A stretch of 64,000 nt of DNA, taken from NCBI GenBank assembly GCA_965225085.1, contig CBDDBE010000002.1:95185-159184 (forward strand). The letters run 5' to 3'. Made by a program: the position numbers and the translations under genes. Positions 46,517 through 56,130 of this stretch are shown in pieces. Position 1 is the stretch's first letter. Every line of letters starts with the position of its first letter. The stretch comes from an uncultured Candidatus Saccharibacteria bacterium (GTDB lineage: Bacteria > Patescibacteriota > Saccharimonadia > Saccharimonadales > EFPC-124). Under the pieces are notes generated by a model, which was given only the letters and a program-made list of their open reading frames with translations, did not search any database and was not told the DNA's origin.

Positions 46517-47227
46517 CTATCTCGGCTCCCAGCGCCACCCGTTGTTGTCGGTGCAGATAATGGCTGTGCCGTTGCTGGCGACGCCTGTCGTATTGTGGTC
46601 GATAATGCGGCAATACTCCCCTGCTTTGTAGCAATTGCCGCCATTTGTCAGCGGGTAGCAGGACGTCGACTGTGGGACGGGGGTTGTTGAGGTCGGCGCA
46701 GTGGTCGCTAACGGTACCACGTAGGTGCCAACTGATACTATTTGGTCGACGGGTGGCGTGGTGATATCTTTCGAAACGAGCGTTTTGTCTGTCTGTTTGC
46801 CGCCAGTGTATGTTACGTCGTATGTTAATGTCTCGACGCCGTCTTTGCCTTGCTGGGTAATTTTGGTCTGGCCTTGGGCCAGACTGCTATCACTTTGTTT
46901 TTGGGTCGAGTAAGCGATGGGCTGCGTTTCAGTTTCCTTATTGGTCGTAACTTGACCGGTTGCGGGCGCTGGCGGTTGAGTTTGTGCAAGAGGTTGTTTG
47001 TCCGTTCCCGGCGGTACGGAAACGATATTGGCAGTTGAGCTATTCGACGACGCGGTAATACCAACTAGGACAAAAAATACCAGTGCCAGCAGGCCAAACC
47101 GAATTAATGCATTTTTGCGTCCGAAGCGATTGCCTTTGGTGTACCGAGTAAAATGCTGTGGCGCAATAAGGCCCCACACCATGAGTATTAACGAGATCAA
47201 GAACAGGATTGCGAATAGGTCGGACAT
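46517..47227 (-). CDS. Membrane-anchored G5-domain protein with a Cys-rich C-terminal module
   Basis: Two TM; G5 pattern QQGKDG...PVDQIVSVGT; CYP...NCYKAGEYCR...CTDNNGWRWE. Confidence 0.85.
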   Translation of the reverse strand: MSDLFAILFLISLILMVWGLIAPQHFTRYTKGNRFGRKNALIRFGLLALVFFVLVGITASSNSSTANIVSVPPGTDKQPLAQTQPPAPATGQVTTNKETETQPIAYSTQKQSDSSLAQGQTKITQQGKDGVETLTYDVTYTGGKQTDKTLVSKDITTPPVDQIVSVGTYVVPLATTAPTSTTPVPQSTSCYPLTNGGNCYKAGEYCRIIDHNTTGVASNGTAIICTDNNGWRWEPR

Positions 47228-47383
47228 CTATTGGAATTATAGCAAAGTATAAACATTTTGGATTCTTAAGGGGAGCCAAGGCTGCATGCGACGCGAGGAA
47301 TTAGGGCTTACAGTTTTGATTGGCTTGATTTTGTCTCCTTTAGTGAATAGAAACGGGCGTGTTGGCCTATACTAGAAACTAGC

Positions 47384-48058
47384 GTGACATTAATTCAAGA
47401 TATACAAAACATCTACCGGCTTTTAGCTGATGATCGACTAGAAAGTCTAGGATTATTTCATATCGAGCACGACAAACTAGTTACGCCAATCGCTGGTGAC
47501 ACTTTGTCGCTGCTTGCCTATAGAAGCAAAAGGGCTAATGACGCCATCCCATATTCTACGGTCAAAGAGCTAATTGATGCGATAAAGAGTAGAGATGGCT
47601 ACAGAGGTATTAATCATATCGGCTTTCACTACAAAACAGCATCGAAGCAAGATGCCGTAAAAGAAATAGTCAAAGAAGCTAGCGATAAGGGCTATTCGGT
47701 CTACCAAGAGCCTTCAACTGACGACGCAGATTGGATATTCGTTGGTGATTTGTCCGATGTTACAAATCCGCTCCTAGAATTCCTTCCGCACGAAGGCAGG
47801 ACCGATGATAAGTGGGTTGATTATTACTTGCCACATATACAATTTGATATTGATACAGGCATGACGCCCAAAGAAATCGAAGCGTTAGTTAAAAAAATCA
47901 TCAATAAACCTTTTACGCCGTACTCAATTCAAATCGATGGAGTCACGTATATACAACGAGTTAACCTATGCTGCTCAGAAGGTGTAAACTTGATGTTAGA
48001 TGTATCAACAAACAATCGAGACATTAATTATCGGAAAAACTGGACCAGGCTAGTCTAG
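47384..48058 (+). CDS. Low-GC hypothetical protein (VOC-like)
   Basis: INHIGF, LEFLP and PHIQFDID motifs. Confidence 0.7.
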   Translation: MTLIQDIQNIYRLLADDRLESLGLFHIEHDKLVTPIAGDTLSLLAYRSKRANDAIPYSTVKELIDAIKSRDGYRGINHIGFHYKTASKQDAVKEIVKEASDKGYSVYQEPSTDDADWIFVGDLSDVTNPLLEFLPHEGRTDDKWVDYYLPHIQFDIDTGMTPKEIEALVKKIINKPFTPYSIQIDGVTYIQRVNLCCSEGVNLMLDVSTNNRDINYRKNWTRLV

Positions 48059-48069
48059 GCGCAAAGGCG

Positions 48070-48330
48070 ACCCTCTGGTTTCCCCAAAATTTGGAACCCT
48101 ATCCGAAAGATATGTGCCCATCAAAAAAGACCCTTCTATGCCAGAAGAGCCCCTATGGTGAAACCTGCCGGACCAGTTTTAGAATTCATTGTGGCTGGAT
48201 TTAGTGAAATAAGCAACCAACTGAAAGAACTAGATATAACACTTGAACAGAGGCCTGTAATTTCATAGAATCTACATCTGTGATATAGCTCGTAAATCCG
48301 TTTGCTCGACCAGCAATCTTGACTCTCACC
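48070..48330 (+). pseudogene. Possible decayed VOC-family gene remnant
   Basis: Fragment VKPAGPVLEFIVAGFSEISNQLKELDITLEQRPV followed by several stops. Confidence 0.3.
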
Positions 48331-48407
48331 ATAGAAAATCCAGAACAATGGTCGTGCACCCTCGGCCTCGCGCAACGCGAGGCCGAGGGTTTGAATCAGA
48401 AGGCCTA

Positions 48408-48773
48408 TTACTTGAGGCTCAGGCCCTGGACCCTGGAAGGGTCGAGCTTACTGCCGTTGGGCGGGAACAGCGTCGCGATCTCGCCGACGATGCCCGACTG
48501 GAGAAGGATGCGTCCATCTCCGATGTCTGAAGCGTCGTAGATGAGCAAGCTCGCCCTGTAGGTGAGGTTGGTGTCGTTCACCCAGCGAGTGGGAAGCGGA
48601 CGGCCCTCACCCTTCGCCATCCACTTGAGCGTGACCTTGAAGGTCGCGCCGTCTCCGACACCTTCGACAGTGGCGGTCTTGATCTCACCGCGGTAGAAGT
48701 AGTCTTCGCCTGGGTTCTGCACTTCGATTTGGCCGCCCGCATAGCTTGCAGCCATTTCCGGCGTCAGTTCCAC
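48408..48773 (-). CDS. Hypothetical orphan protein
   Basis: TTGACA-17-TATGGT, SD GAAGGAG, GTG start, hairpin CCCTCGGCCTCGCG/CGCGAGGCCGAGGG downstream. Confidence 0.75.
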   Translation of the reverse strand: MELTPEMAASYAGGQIEVQNPGEDYFYRGEIKTATVEGVGDGATFKVTLKWMAKGEGRPLPTRWVNDTNLTYRASLLIYDASDIGDGRILLQSGIVGEIATLFPPNGSKLDPSRVQGLSLK

Positions 48774-49259
48774 TGTCTTTCTCCTTCTGATTGAGTCGTA
48801 TTTGACTTAAGACACCATATAATACATATGTTAACCTGTCAATATTTAAGAGGTTGCGACGCGCCTAAACAGTTTCTCCCTTTACGGCACTGCGCATTCT
48901 TTTGTATTTTGAAAATATAGTATGAGGGTTGCATGTGTGAACTCGGCTACAAACAGGATCAGGCCTGTTGCATGGTAAATGAGCCTATTAGAATAGGAAC
49001 GAGTAGTTTTATGATCTCAAGCTTCACGCTACCTGACTTCTTTGCCTCATTCTCTTCTATGCAGCCTACAGCGAATTGAACACTAAAAATAAAAAGTTCC
49101 AAGAAATAAATCTTGGAACTTTTTACCTCTGTTAAAAGTTGGATGATGTCATGGTGACCTCGCCGGACCGTACTTGGAAACAATTATGGGAATGTCTGGA
49201 AAGAATGGACAAGCAACTTGCGGGAATAGGCATTAGTAATGTCTAATTACGTACCGCGC

Positions 49260-49868
49260 CTAGACCTCAATTGTCGATTTGCGTGCTTGTTCTACCGAAT
49301 CACCGATAAAGATAAAGTTACGGTCATGCTTTCCATTCGTATAAACCTGCACGAACTCACAGGAACCGAGTGCGGCAGTAGCCTCCTCGTATGTCATGTG
49401 CGTAGGGGTATAAATGACGATCTTGTCAGTTATCAGCTTTCTAATATTCGTAACAAGTTGTTTCAAGTCAGGGTTTTGCTTTTCGGGGTCGACTTTACCA
49501 GAATGCGTGCTCCAATACGGAATATCGTAAAGAACGACATCTGCCTTTATTTTGCTCAAGAGAGTTGGATCGCTCACATCGCCACACAGAACTTCGTAGT
49601 TTGCAACGCCCGCGTGTTCGAGATTTTTACGACAGTCTTCAACCACTTTAGGATCATTATCAACGCCAACAACTTTTTTGAAAGTCTTGGACAGCTCAAT
49701 GAGACTTACACCAACACCACAGCAGAGTTCGCAGGCGACATTGCCTTCGTTTTTCAATCGCTGCGCAAGATAGCGAGCCGTCGCGGGATAACTGGCTATC
49801 TTAAGAGAAAGTTCATCTCCAGAAATATTAGAATCGTAACCTCGGGTCTGAATTATATCTGTTCGCAT
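49260..49868 (-). CDS. Class I SAM-dependent methyltransferase (TGS1/RsmD-like)
   Basis: ELCCGVG motif I, VGVD, CGDV, YDIPYW. Confidence 0.85.
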   Translation of the reverse strand: MRTDIIQTRGYDSNISGDELSLKIASYPATARYLAQRLKNEGNVACELCCGVGVSLIELSKTFKKVVGVDNDPKVVEDCRKNLEHAGVANYEVLCGDVSDPTLLSKIKADVVLYDIPYWSTHSGKVDPEKQNPDLKQLVTNIRKLITDKIVIYTPTHMTYEEATAALGSCEFVQVYTNGKHDRNFIFIGDSVEQARKSTIEV

Positions 49869-50004
49869 TGCTCTATTATATGCTATAAGCCCTACGGGAA
49901 TCGAAACAAAACAACAGAGGTGAATTTGACAAAAATAAAAATGCTTCCAAAATCTAGTGTTTTTAGAAGCATTTTTACATCTGTAAATCCCGTATGGCTT
50001 GGCT

Positions 50005-50081
50005 TGGTGACCCCTGCGGGAGTCGAACCCGCGATCTTCAGGATGAGAACCTGACGTCCTGGACCACTAGACGAAGGGGCC
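50005..50081 (-). tRNA. tRNA-Glu (CTC)
   Basis: GGCCCCT/AGGGGTC acceptor stem, TCAGG-TTCTCAT-CCTGA anticodon arm, GGTTCGACTCC, encoded CCA. Confidence 0.97.
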
Positions 50082-50214
50082 ACGTAGTGGTTGATACAGG
50101 TCAAATAGTAGCATAACAGAGGCGTGTAGTCCAGTATTGCCATGGGCCGAGTAGCTACTCAACATATTTTATTGTATAGTTGATGTGATCCGTTTTCTAC
50201 GATGGGAGCTCCTT

Positions 50215-50550
50215 ATGGAGACTGTTAGCGTTAGCCTTTCGGGTGCAAGCGGTTTTTGTTCGCTCTCGATAGTGGGATGGCACTGTGAGCCGAGCGTAGT
50301 CGCCCGGATGGATGGCCAAGACGTCATTACGGTCGACGTGACGCGTCAATACGCCGACCAACGCGTGAGGCTTGTGCAATTGCGCAAGGGTAAACTCCAG
50401 CTCATTGCGCTCGCCACCAGCTCGGACAAGGCCCCGCAAGTGGTTGAAGGGCGTCTGCCCAAGCTGGTGCCGGACAGTGATGTAGCCATGACCATCCAGC
50501 TCCCGCCGGAGCTCATCGGTGTTATAGATATCCTGACCGAACGTGGCTAA
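50215..50550 (+). CDS. Hypothetical orphan protein
   Basis: TATAGT upstream, SD GGGAG, hairpin downstream. Confidence 0.55.
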   Translation: METVSVSLSGASGFCSLSIVGWHCEPSVVARMDGQDVITVDVTRQYADQRVRLVQLRKGKLQLIALATSSDKAPQVVEGRLPKLVPDSDVAMTIQLPPELIGVIDILTERG

Positions 50551-50628
50551 AACTGGTTGGTTGGGCGGCCGCACGCGTGGCTGCCCAACCGATTACTTCT
50601 AGTTTTGATAAGATTTAGGCCGGTGAAC

Positions 50629-51003
50629 TTATTTCTCAAATGATTTAATGATTTCGAGGAGCCTGCTGGGCGTGATGTCGGCCTTTATGAGGTACCCGTC
50701 CGCTTTGGCTTGCATTGCCGCTTTGGATTCGTCATCTTCCTCGTAGTTGGTGAGGACAATGATGCGGGTGTTTGGCACTTTGTCTTCGGTGCCGCGCAAG
50801 GACTTCAGGATTTCGGAGCCCTTTTTCTCGGGCAGCATGACATCTAACAGGATAAGATCGTACGTTGTCGCAAGCGCTGCCTTCAATCCCTCCTGGCCGT
50901 TTTGGATGAGGTTGACCTGGTAGCCGGCACGGCTCAGGCTGCGGCTATACATTTCGCCGATGAATAGGTCGTCTTCGATGAGCAGGATAGTTTTGATAGT
51001 CAT
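50629..51003 (-). CDS. Stand-alone response regulator receiver
   Basis: ILLIEDD, LLDVMLP, YLIK. Confidence 0.92.
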   Translation of the reverse strand: MTIKTILLIEDDLFIGEMYSRSLSRAGYQVNLIQNGQEGLKAALATTYDLILLDVMLPEKKGSEILKSLRGTEDKVPNTRIIVLTNYEEDDESKAAMQAKADGYLIKADITPSRLLEIIKSFEK

Positions 51004-51005
51004 AA

Positions 51006-52514
51006 TTACCTTCTGATCATTGCGTGGTTTTTGATCCAGCCTTCACGCTGAGTGATGATCGTCTTGTTTTCATTATCGTCTGCTTGCAGCTTCTGTGCAA
51101 CGGTGCTGTAGATTGGGACGGTGAAGCCGAACGTCGTACCCTCCCCTTCTACCGATCGGACCCAGACTTCGCCGCCATGCGACTGCACGATAGCCTTGCA
51201 AATGTACAACCCTAGCCCGGTGCCGCTGACGGTCTGGCGCGAGCGATGTGAACGGTAGAATTTGCTAAATAGATTGCCCACAACCGATCCAGGCATGCCG
51301 ATGCCGTGGTCCTGGACAGTTACCTCCACGAAGTTTTCCTTGGCGGTTGCACTTACGGCAATTTCACCACCGTCGTGGCTGTATTTGATGGCGTTGTCGA
51401 TGAGGTTGCTGATGACTTCGCTGAGACTGGAGCGATCGGCCGCAACGGTAGGCAGAGTGTCGGCAATGGCGAACGTGAGCTTGCGGTTCTGAGTGCGGGC
51501 GCGCAGGGCAAGGTCTGGGATGAGCGACGCAACGATGTCGACCAGGCGATCCTCCTGGAGGTGTAGCTTTAGGTGGTTGCGGTCGTAACGCGAGACATTG
51601 AGGATGTTGTTGATGTAGCCGCTGAGGCGTTCACTACTAACCTGCAGACGGTCAATCAGCTGTTGCTGGTCGGCATTTAGGCTGGGCAACTCCTGCCCAA
51701 GCAGTTCGAGGTAGCCGCGAATAACGGTGATGGGCCCCCGTAGTTCGTGGGCAGCCAGGGCGATAAAGTCCATGTCTTCTTCGTCCGGTGCATAGTCGAC
51801 GGTGCGGTCGATGAGCGCCAGGACGGTTGTAGGCTCGTTATCGGTCCGGGCATAATGGCCAATTATGTCAAAGATGCGCCTGCCTTCTTCGTCGGGAAGC
51901 TTGTCCGCGACGCGGTGCCATACATGTGTGTCGCGGAGTTTGTCCTGGCAGCTGGTTAGCCACGAGTCCAGGCCGTCTGATTGCTCGAAATTGAGCTCGA
52001 TTACGTAGCGGCCATCACTGTCGGGGTGCGCGGGTGCGTCTTTGGTGGCGTATGCGACGTCGTTCTTGGCGTCCAGGGCGATGATGGCAACGGGTAACGA
52101 CTCAATCATGGCTTGGTACAGACCTGCTGATTTAGTCTGGTCGCCGCTGGGCGCATGCTCGGACGCGACGGCCAGGTCATAGATGGCTTGCACGAGTGCC
52201 TTCAGGCCGCTCTTTTCGTACTGTGGCGTGTTGACTTCGGGTGGCTGCACTTGAGTAGACGAGTCGGTGACGCGAACAATCGCTTGCCACAGAACCTTGA
52301 GCGGACGGCTGGCAAGGCCGACGATTATCGGCGCAACGGCCAATTGCAGAACAATCAGCGCGACTAGACTGTACGTAAACGCACTCAGCGGTTCGATAGT
52401 TGTATACTGCCAGATAACCCAAGCGATGATGCCCGCAACGCTGGCCGTAAAGACTTGCGCCAGCATCACGATGGCCAGCGTGTCGTTGCGGTATTTCTGG
52501 AAAAATTCAGACAT
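51006..52514 (-). CDS. Sensor histidine kinase
   Basis: Two TM, AHELRGP, NAIKY, DHGIG, GTGLGL; alternative start at 52526. Confidence 0.93.
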   Translation of the reverse strand: MSEFFQKYRNDTLAIVMLAQVFTASVAGIIAWVIWQYTTIEPLSAFTYSLVALIVLQLAVAPIIVGLASRPLKVLWQAIVRVTDSSTQVQPPEVNTPQYEKSGLKALVQAIYDLAVASEHAPSGDQTKSAGLYQAMIESLPVAIIALDAKNDVAYATKDAPAHPDSDGRYVIELNFEQSDGLDSWLTSCQDKLRDTHVWHRVADKLPDEEGRRIFDIIGHYARTDNEPTTVLALIDRTVDYAPDEEDMDFIALAAHELRGPITVIRGYLELLGQELPSLNADQQQLIDRLQVSSERLSGYINNILNVSRYDRNHLKLHLQEDRLVDIVASLIPDLALRARTQNRKLTFAIADTLPTVAADRSSLSEVISNLIDNAIKYSHDGGEIAVSATAKENFVEVTVQDHGIGMPGSVVGNLFSKFYRSHRSRQTVSGTGLGLYICKAIVQSHGGEVWVRSVEGEGTTFGFTVPIYSTVAQKLQADDNENKTIITQREGWIKNHAMIRR

Positions 52515-52516
52515 CT

Positions 52517-53737
52517 TTACTGCCATGTGACGGTTTGACTCGGTGCGGTGACGCTTATCCAGGTTTGGCCGGGGTTCAGCTTAACTTCTTGGCCATGGTC
52601 GTTTTTGAAGACGATTTGGTGGCGTTGGCTATCTTTGCTCCAGCTACCTACGGTGGCTGTCCCATCCTGGAATATATACGCCGTACCATTGCCGATCGAG
52701 GTCATCTGCTCGCGGTAGCCGTCCTCGAAACCGAGCTGGGTTGGGACTTTCATGGCTATGACGACCTTAGGTTTGAGCTGGTCGCCGCTTTCGCGATCCT
52801 TGTGCACTTCCCCGCCCTCGCTGCGTGGATAACAGTTGCAGCCCTTGTCGTAGTCGTAGTGTACGTTAAAGTATGCCGAGCTGATGACAATGTCGATCTT
52901 GGTAGCATTGGGACTCGTTGGCGGGGCTTCGCTTTTGCGCGGAAAGCCGGTGAACGAGCTGGCTGTGTAGCCTTTGGCCTTATTGAGTGCGTCGAGCTTG
53001 TCGAAATTGGTATATACATTGTGCGGGGCAAATCGATCGGTTGCACGCCAGAAATACGAACCGTTGAAGAATTCGTCGGCGTCCTTGAACGTGCCATTTC
53101 GGACTTCGCTGAGCGCGTTTGCGCTGCCGCCAACGTGGACGATACTGGGGTCAAATGCTGCCATCCAGTCAATGTAGTATGGGCGCACACTGCGGACGGG
53201 GCCGATCAGCTTTGGCTTGGCTTCCTGGTAGAGCGCGGCAAAGCGTGTAATTCCGCCCTCGGCAATAGCCTCGAATACCACTCCGGCATCCTTCAGTCCT
53301 GATTGCGGTCGGGCCCATTCGCTGTTTTCGATCATGATACCAGTTACTTCTTGCTTGGTGGTGGCTTCGTCGGCAACCTGCAGCCCAGTCAATGGCGAAT
53401 AATATTTTGGCGTTTCGGGTTGGGGTTTCGGTGCGACCGGCGTCGGCTTGGTTATTATTGCAGAGGGCTGAGGTTTCGGCTTCAGTACGACATATAACGC
53501 GTAACCTCCACCGGCTAGGACTAGAACCAACGAAACTGCAATCGCGATGCTGGCCTTTTTGTGGCCACGAATCCAGCTGAGTGTACGCTGCCAAGGGTTC
53601 GTGCGACCGGCGCTGGATACATGCGTCCCGGACGGTTTGATGTCTTCCTCGGGGATTGGTGGCATCGTGAAGCTGTTAGGGTTTTGGCGCACTGGTATGT
53701 GATGGGCTGGTGAGGCCTTTGGTTTTTGCTGATCCAT
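52517..53737 (-). CDS. DUF3048-like membrane-anchored protein
   Basis: SPLTG, MIEN...ARPQSGL, AEGGITRF, GPVRSVR, APHNVY. Confidence 0.85.
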   Translation of the reverse strand: MDQQKPKASPAHHIPVRQNPNSFTMPPIPEEDIKPSGTHVSSAGRTNPWQRTLSWIRGHKKASIAIAVSLVLVLAGGGYALYVVLKPKPQPSAIITKPTPVAPKPQPETPKYYSPLTGLQVADEATTKQEVTGIMIENSEWARPQSGLKDAGVVFEAIAEGGITRFAALYQEAKPKLIGPVRSVRPYYIDWMAAFDPSIVHVGGSANALSEVRNGTFKDADEFFNGSYFWRATDRFAPHNVYTNFDKLDALNKAKGYTASSFTGFPRKSEAPPTSPNATKIDIVISSAYFNVHYDYDKGCNCYPRSEGGEVHKDRESGDQLKPKVVIAMKVPTQLGFEDGYREQMTSIGNGTAYIFQDGTATVGSWSKDSQRHQIVFKNDHGQEVKLNPGQTWISVTAPSQTVTWQ

Positions 53738-53837
53738 TGATAATAGTATAGCAAAATCATAAGCATTATGCCTATTGCCGAATTATCGTTCCTATACTAA
53801 AGTATATTACGTTCGTCCTCTATCGAACGGAGTAGAA

Positions 53838-54179
53838 ATGGACAATGAGGTAAGCTGGTTCTGGAGTCCGAAACGGTTTGAGTGGTTGCGACGAGTGCTA
53901 GACGCGCGTGCCATGCGGGACGATGAGGGCCTCTACTTTGGCCCTGCCGGCCTTCAGGCTTACGTTGTCAGATGCGGAGTTAGGGACAGTCTGCCTTTCA
54001 GCAATGCCCTAGCTAGCAAGGGCATTGCTGCCCTTGTCTTCTTTGGGATTCTGGAACCGGGCAAGCGAGGGCTCAAACAGCCGGATTACAAACGGCGATA
54101 CTTCCCTGATGCCCACGGACCAATCACTCGTGCTGATATCGATCGGTTCCGGCAGTCGCGAGGCGCAAAGCCGTCATAG
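53838..54179 (+). CDS. Hypothetical orphan protein
   Basis: TTGCCG-17-TAAAGT, SD GGAG, hairpin downstream. Confidence 0.55.
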   Translation: MDNEVSWFWSPKRFEWLRRVLDARAMRDDEGLYFGPAGLQAYVVRCGVRDSLPFSNALASKGIAALVFFGILEPGKRGLKQPDYKRRYFPDAHGPITRADIDRFRQSRGAKPS

Positions 54180-54232
54180 CTCATTGGCCCGCTGCGCGCA
54201 TATTGCGCAGCGGGCTTTTAAAATCTTATAAA

Positions 54233-55642
54233 CTATGCGCTTAGACGCTTTAGCGAGATGTCTTTGCCCAGCACATGTAGCGTCTCGAACAACCCTGGTG
54301 CAATGTTGCTACCGCTGATGTAGATGCGGATGAGGCTGAACAAAATGCCGGGCTTTGTGCCAAGGTGGTCAACCAAATTGCGCAGGCGCTCCTCTAGGTC
54401 AGGTTCGGAAAAATCACTCGGTTGTAGCGCCTCGGTGACGGCCTTTAGCATGGTGGCTCGGTCGTCGACGGAGAGCTTCTTGAGCTGTTTGTTGCCCGAA
54501 AAGAGCTCGTCGGTAATAGTTGGCTCCGCGAAGAAAAACCTGGTTAGTTCGGGCAGTTCGGCAAAGAATTTGAGGCGCTCGTGGACCAAAGGCAACACAG
54601 CTCGTTTGTACTCATCGCTTGCATTCGCGGCTTCATCAGGCCAAAAGTCGGCCACGGCTGCGAATAGTTGGTCAGGGCTTAGCTGTCGAATGTGTACGCC
54701 GTTCAGGTGGATGAGCCGCTTCTCGTCAAAAATGCCGCCCGAGCGTTGGATGCGTCCCAGGTCGAATTTTTCGACCAGCTCATTGACCGTGTAAACCTCC
54801 TGTGTTGTGCCGTCGTTCCAGCCGATGGCCGCCAGGAAATTCAGCATAGCACTCGGCAGAATGCCCTGATCACGGTATTCCAAAATCGGTTTTGCGCCGT
54901 TACGTTTGCTGAGTTTGCGCTTGCCTGTCTCGTCCATGACCTGAGGCAGGATGGCGTTGATGGGTGACTCCCAACCCAGTACTTCGTGGGTTGCCAAGAA
55001 TTTGGGCACGGAGCTAATAAACTCCTGACTGCGCATGACGTGGGTGATTTTCATCAGGTGATCGTCGATAATGTGGCAGAAATTGTATGTTGGGAATCCG
55101 TCGGCTTTCATGATGATGTAGTCGTCGATCATCTCTGGTCCCATTTTGACCGTGCCCATGACAGCGTCGTTCCAGCTCCAGGCCTTTGGCTCCAGGCGAA
55201 TGCGCAGGGCTTGCGTGCCGTCCCACGCGGGCGGGTTCTCGGGGCGATGGTCGCGGTACAGGAATGGACGCTTTTCGGCCTGGGCTTTTTCGCGTAGCTG
55301 CTGCAGCTCCTCGGTCGTATACGGATCGGCGTATGCCAGGCCTTTGTCGACTAATTCTTGGGCATGTTTCTTGTAGATATCCAGGCGCTGCGATTGGATG
55401 TATGGGCCATATTCCCCTTCTACCCCGGGGCCTTCATCCCAAGTCAAGCCGAGCCACTTCAGGCTGTCGATGATATTTTGGGTGCCGCCCTCGACCTCGC
55501 GTTTTTGGTCGGTATCTTCGATGCGCAGCAAAAATTGACCACCGTTATGGCGAGCAAGAAGCCACGCAAATAGTGCGGTACGTACAACACCGCTATGCAG
55601 CGCGCCGGTTGGGCTGGGGGCGAAACGTGTTCGGGTAGTCAT
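54233..55642 (-). CDS. gltX: Glutamate--tRNA ligase
   Basis: RTRFAPSPTG, LRIEDTD, YIQSQR, KLSKR. Confidence 0.97.
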   Translation of the reverse strand: MTTRTRFAPSPTGALHSGVVRTALFAWLLARHNGGQFLLRIEDTDQKREVEGGTQNIIDSLKWLGLTWDEGPGVEGEYGPYIQSQRLDIYKKHAQELVDKGLAYADPYTTEELQQLREKAQAEKRPFLYRDHRPENPPAWDGTQALRIRLEPKAWSWNDAVMGTVKMGPEMIDDYIIMKADGFPTYNFCHIIDDHLMKITHVMRSQEFISSVPKFLATHEVLGWESPINAILPQVMDETGKRKLSKRNGAKPILEYRDQGILPSAMLNFLAAIGWNDGTTQEVYTVNELVEKFDLGRIQRSGGIFDEKRLIHLNGVHIRQLSPDQLFAAVADFWPDEAANASDEYKRAVLPLVHERLKFFAELPELTRFFFAEPTITDELFSGNKQLKKLSVDDRATMLKAVTEALQPSDFSEPDLEERLRNLVDHLGTKPGILFSLIRIYISGSNIAPGLFETLHVLGKDISLKRLSA

Positions 55643-55738
55643 AGGTACCCTTTATTATCTCTGTTATTGTATGAAATCACAAGTAGTTTGGCCGACTCTA
55701 CAGCCCAGTAATACAGCTGTAGAGTCGGCCATGAGTGC

Positions 55739-56062
55739 TCAGAAGGCCTGGATGGGCGTAGCCCACGGCCCCATGATGAAGGTCAGCTCTTCCTGGCCCC
55801 TTCGCAGGACAAAGTAGAGGGCCGGGCCTTTCACGCGCCTTCTCTCTGAGCGGGTGTCAACTTCCAAATTGACCCTTCCGTTGCTCCCGGCGGCGACGGG
55901 CAGCCCGAAGCGCCTTACGAATGCTTCGGCACCGGCGTCGAACATCTTTTGGAAGTGCGTCTCAGCCTCCCGATCTCTGATCTCGCCGGACCAGTCGGTG
56001 TCCAGTGTGATACCGGGCATTTGGAAGGCTGCGAAGGCGTCGATGATCTGTCGATCGTACAT
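55739..56062 (-). CDS. Hypothetical orphan protein
   Basis: TTGACT-17-TATTAT, SD GGAG, hairpin TGGCCGACTCTACAGC/GCTGTAGAGTCGGCCA downstream. Confidence 0.6.
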   Translation of the reverse strand: MYDRQIIDAFAAFQMPGITLDTDWSGEIRDREAETHFQKMFDAGAEAFVRRFGLPVAAGSNGRVNLEVDTRSERRRVKGPALYFVLRRGQEELTFIMGPWATPIQAF

Positions 56063-56130
56063 GATGCTCCAGGTTGTGAGTCGAGCTGAGCTTAGTTCTA
56101 TAATAAACTAAATATGCTATTAAGTCAAAA

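Noticed and set aside
49239-50054. 271-aa plus-strand ORF
   Set aside because: Antisense shadow of the methyltransferase and overlaps tRNA-Glu
43893-50081. Intact integrative element at tRNA-Glu
   Set aside because: No integrase and no duplicated tRNA 3' end seen
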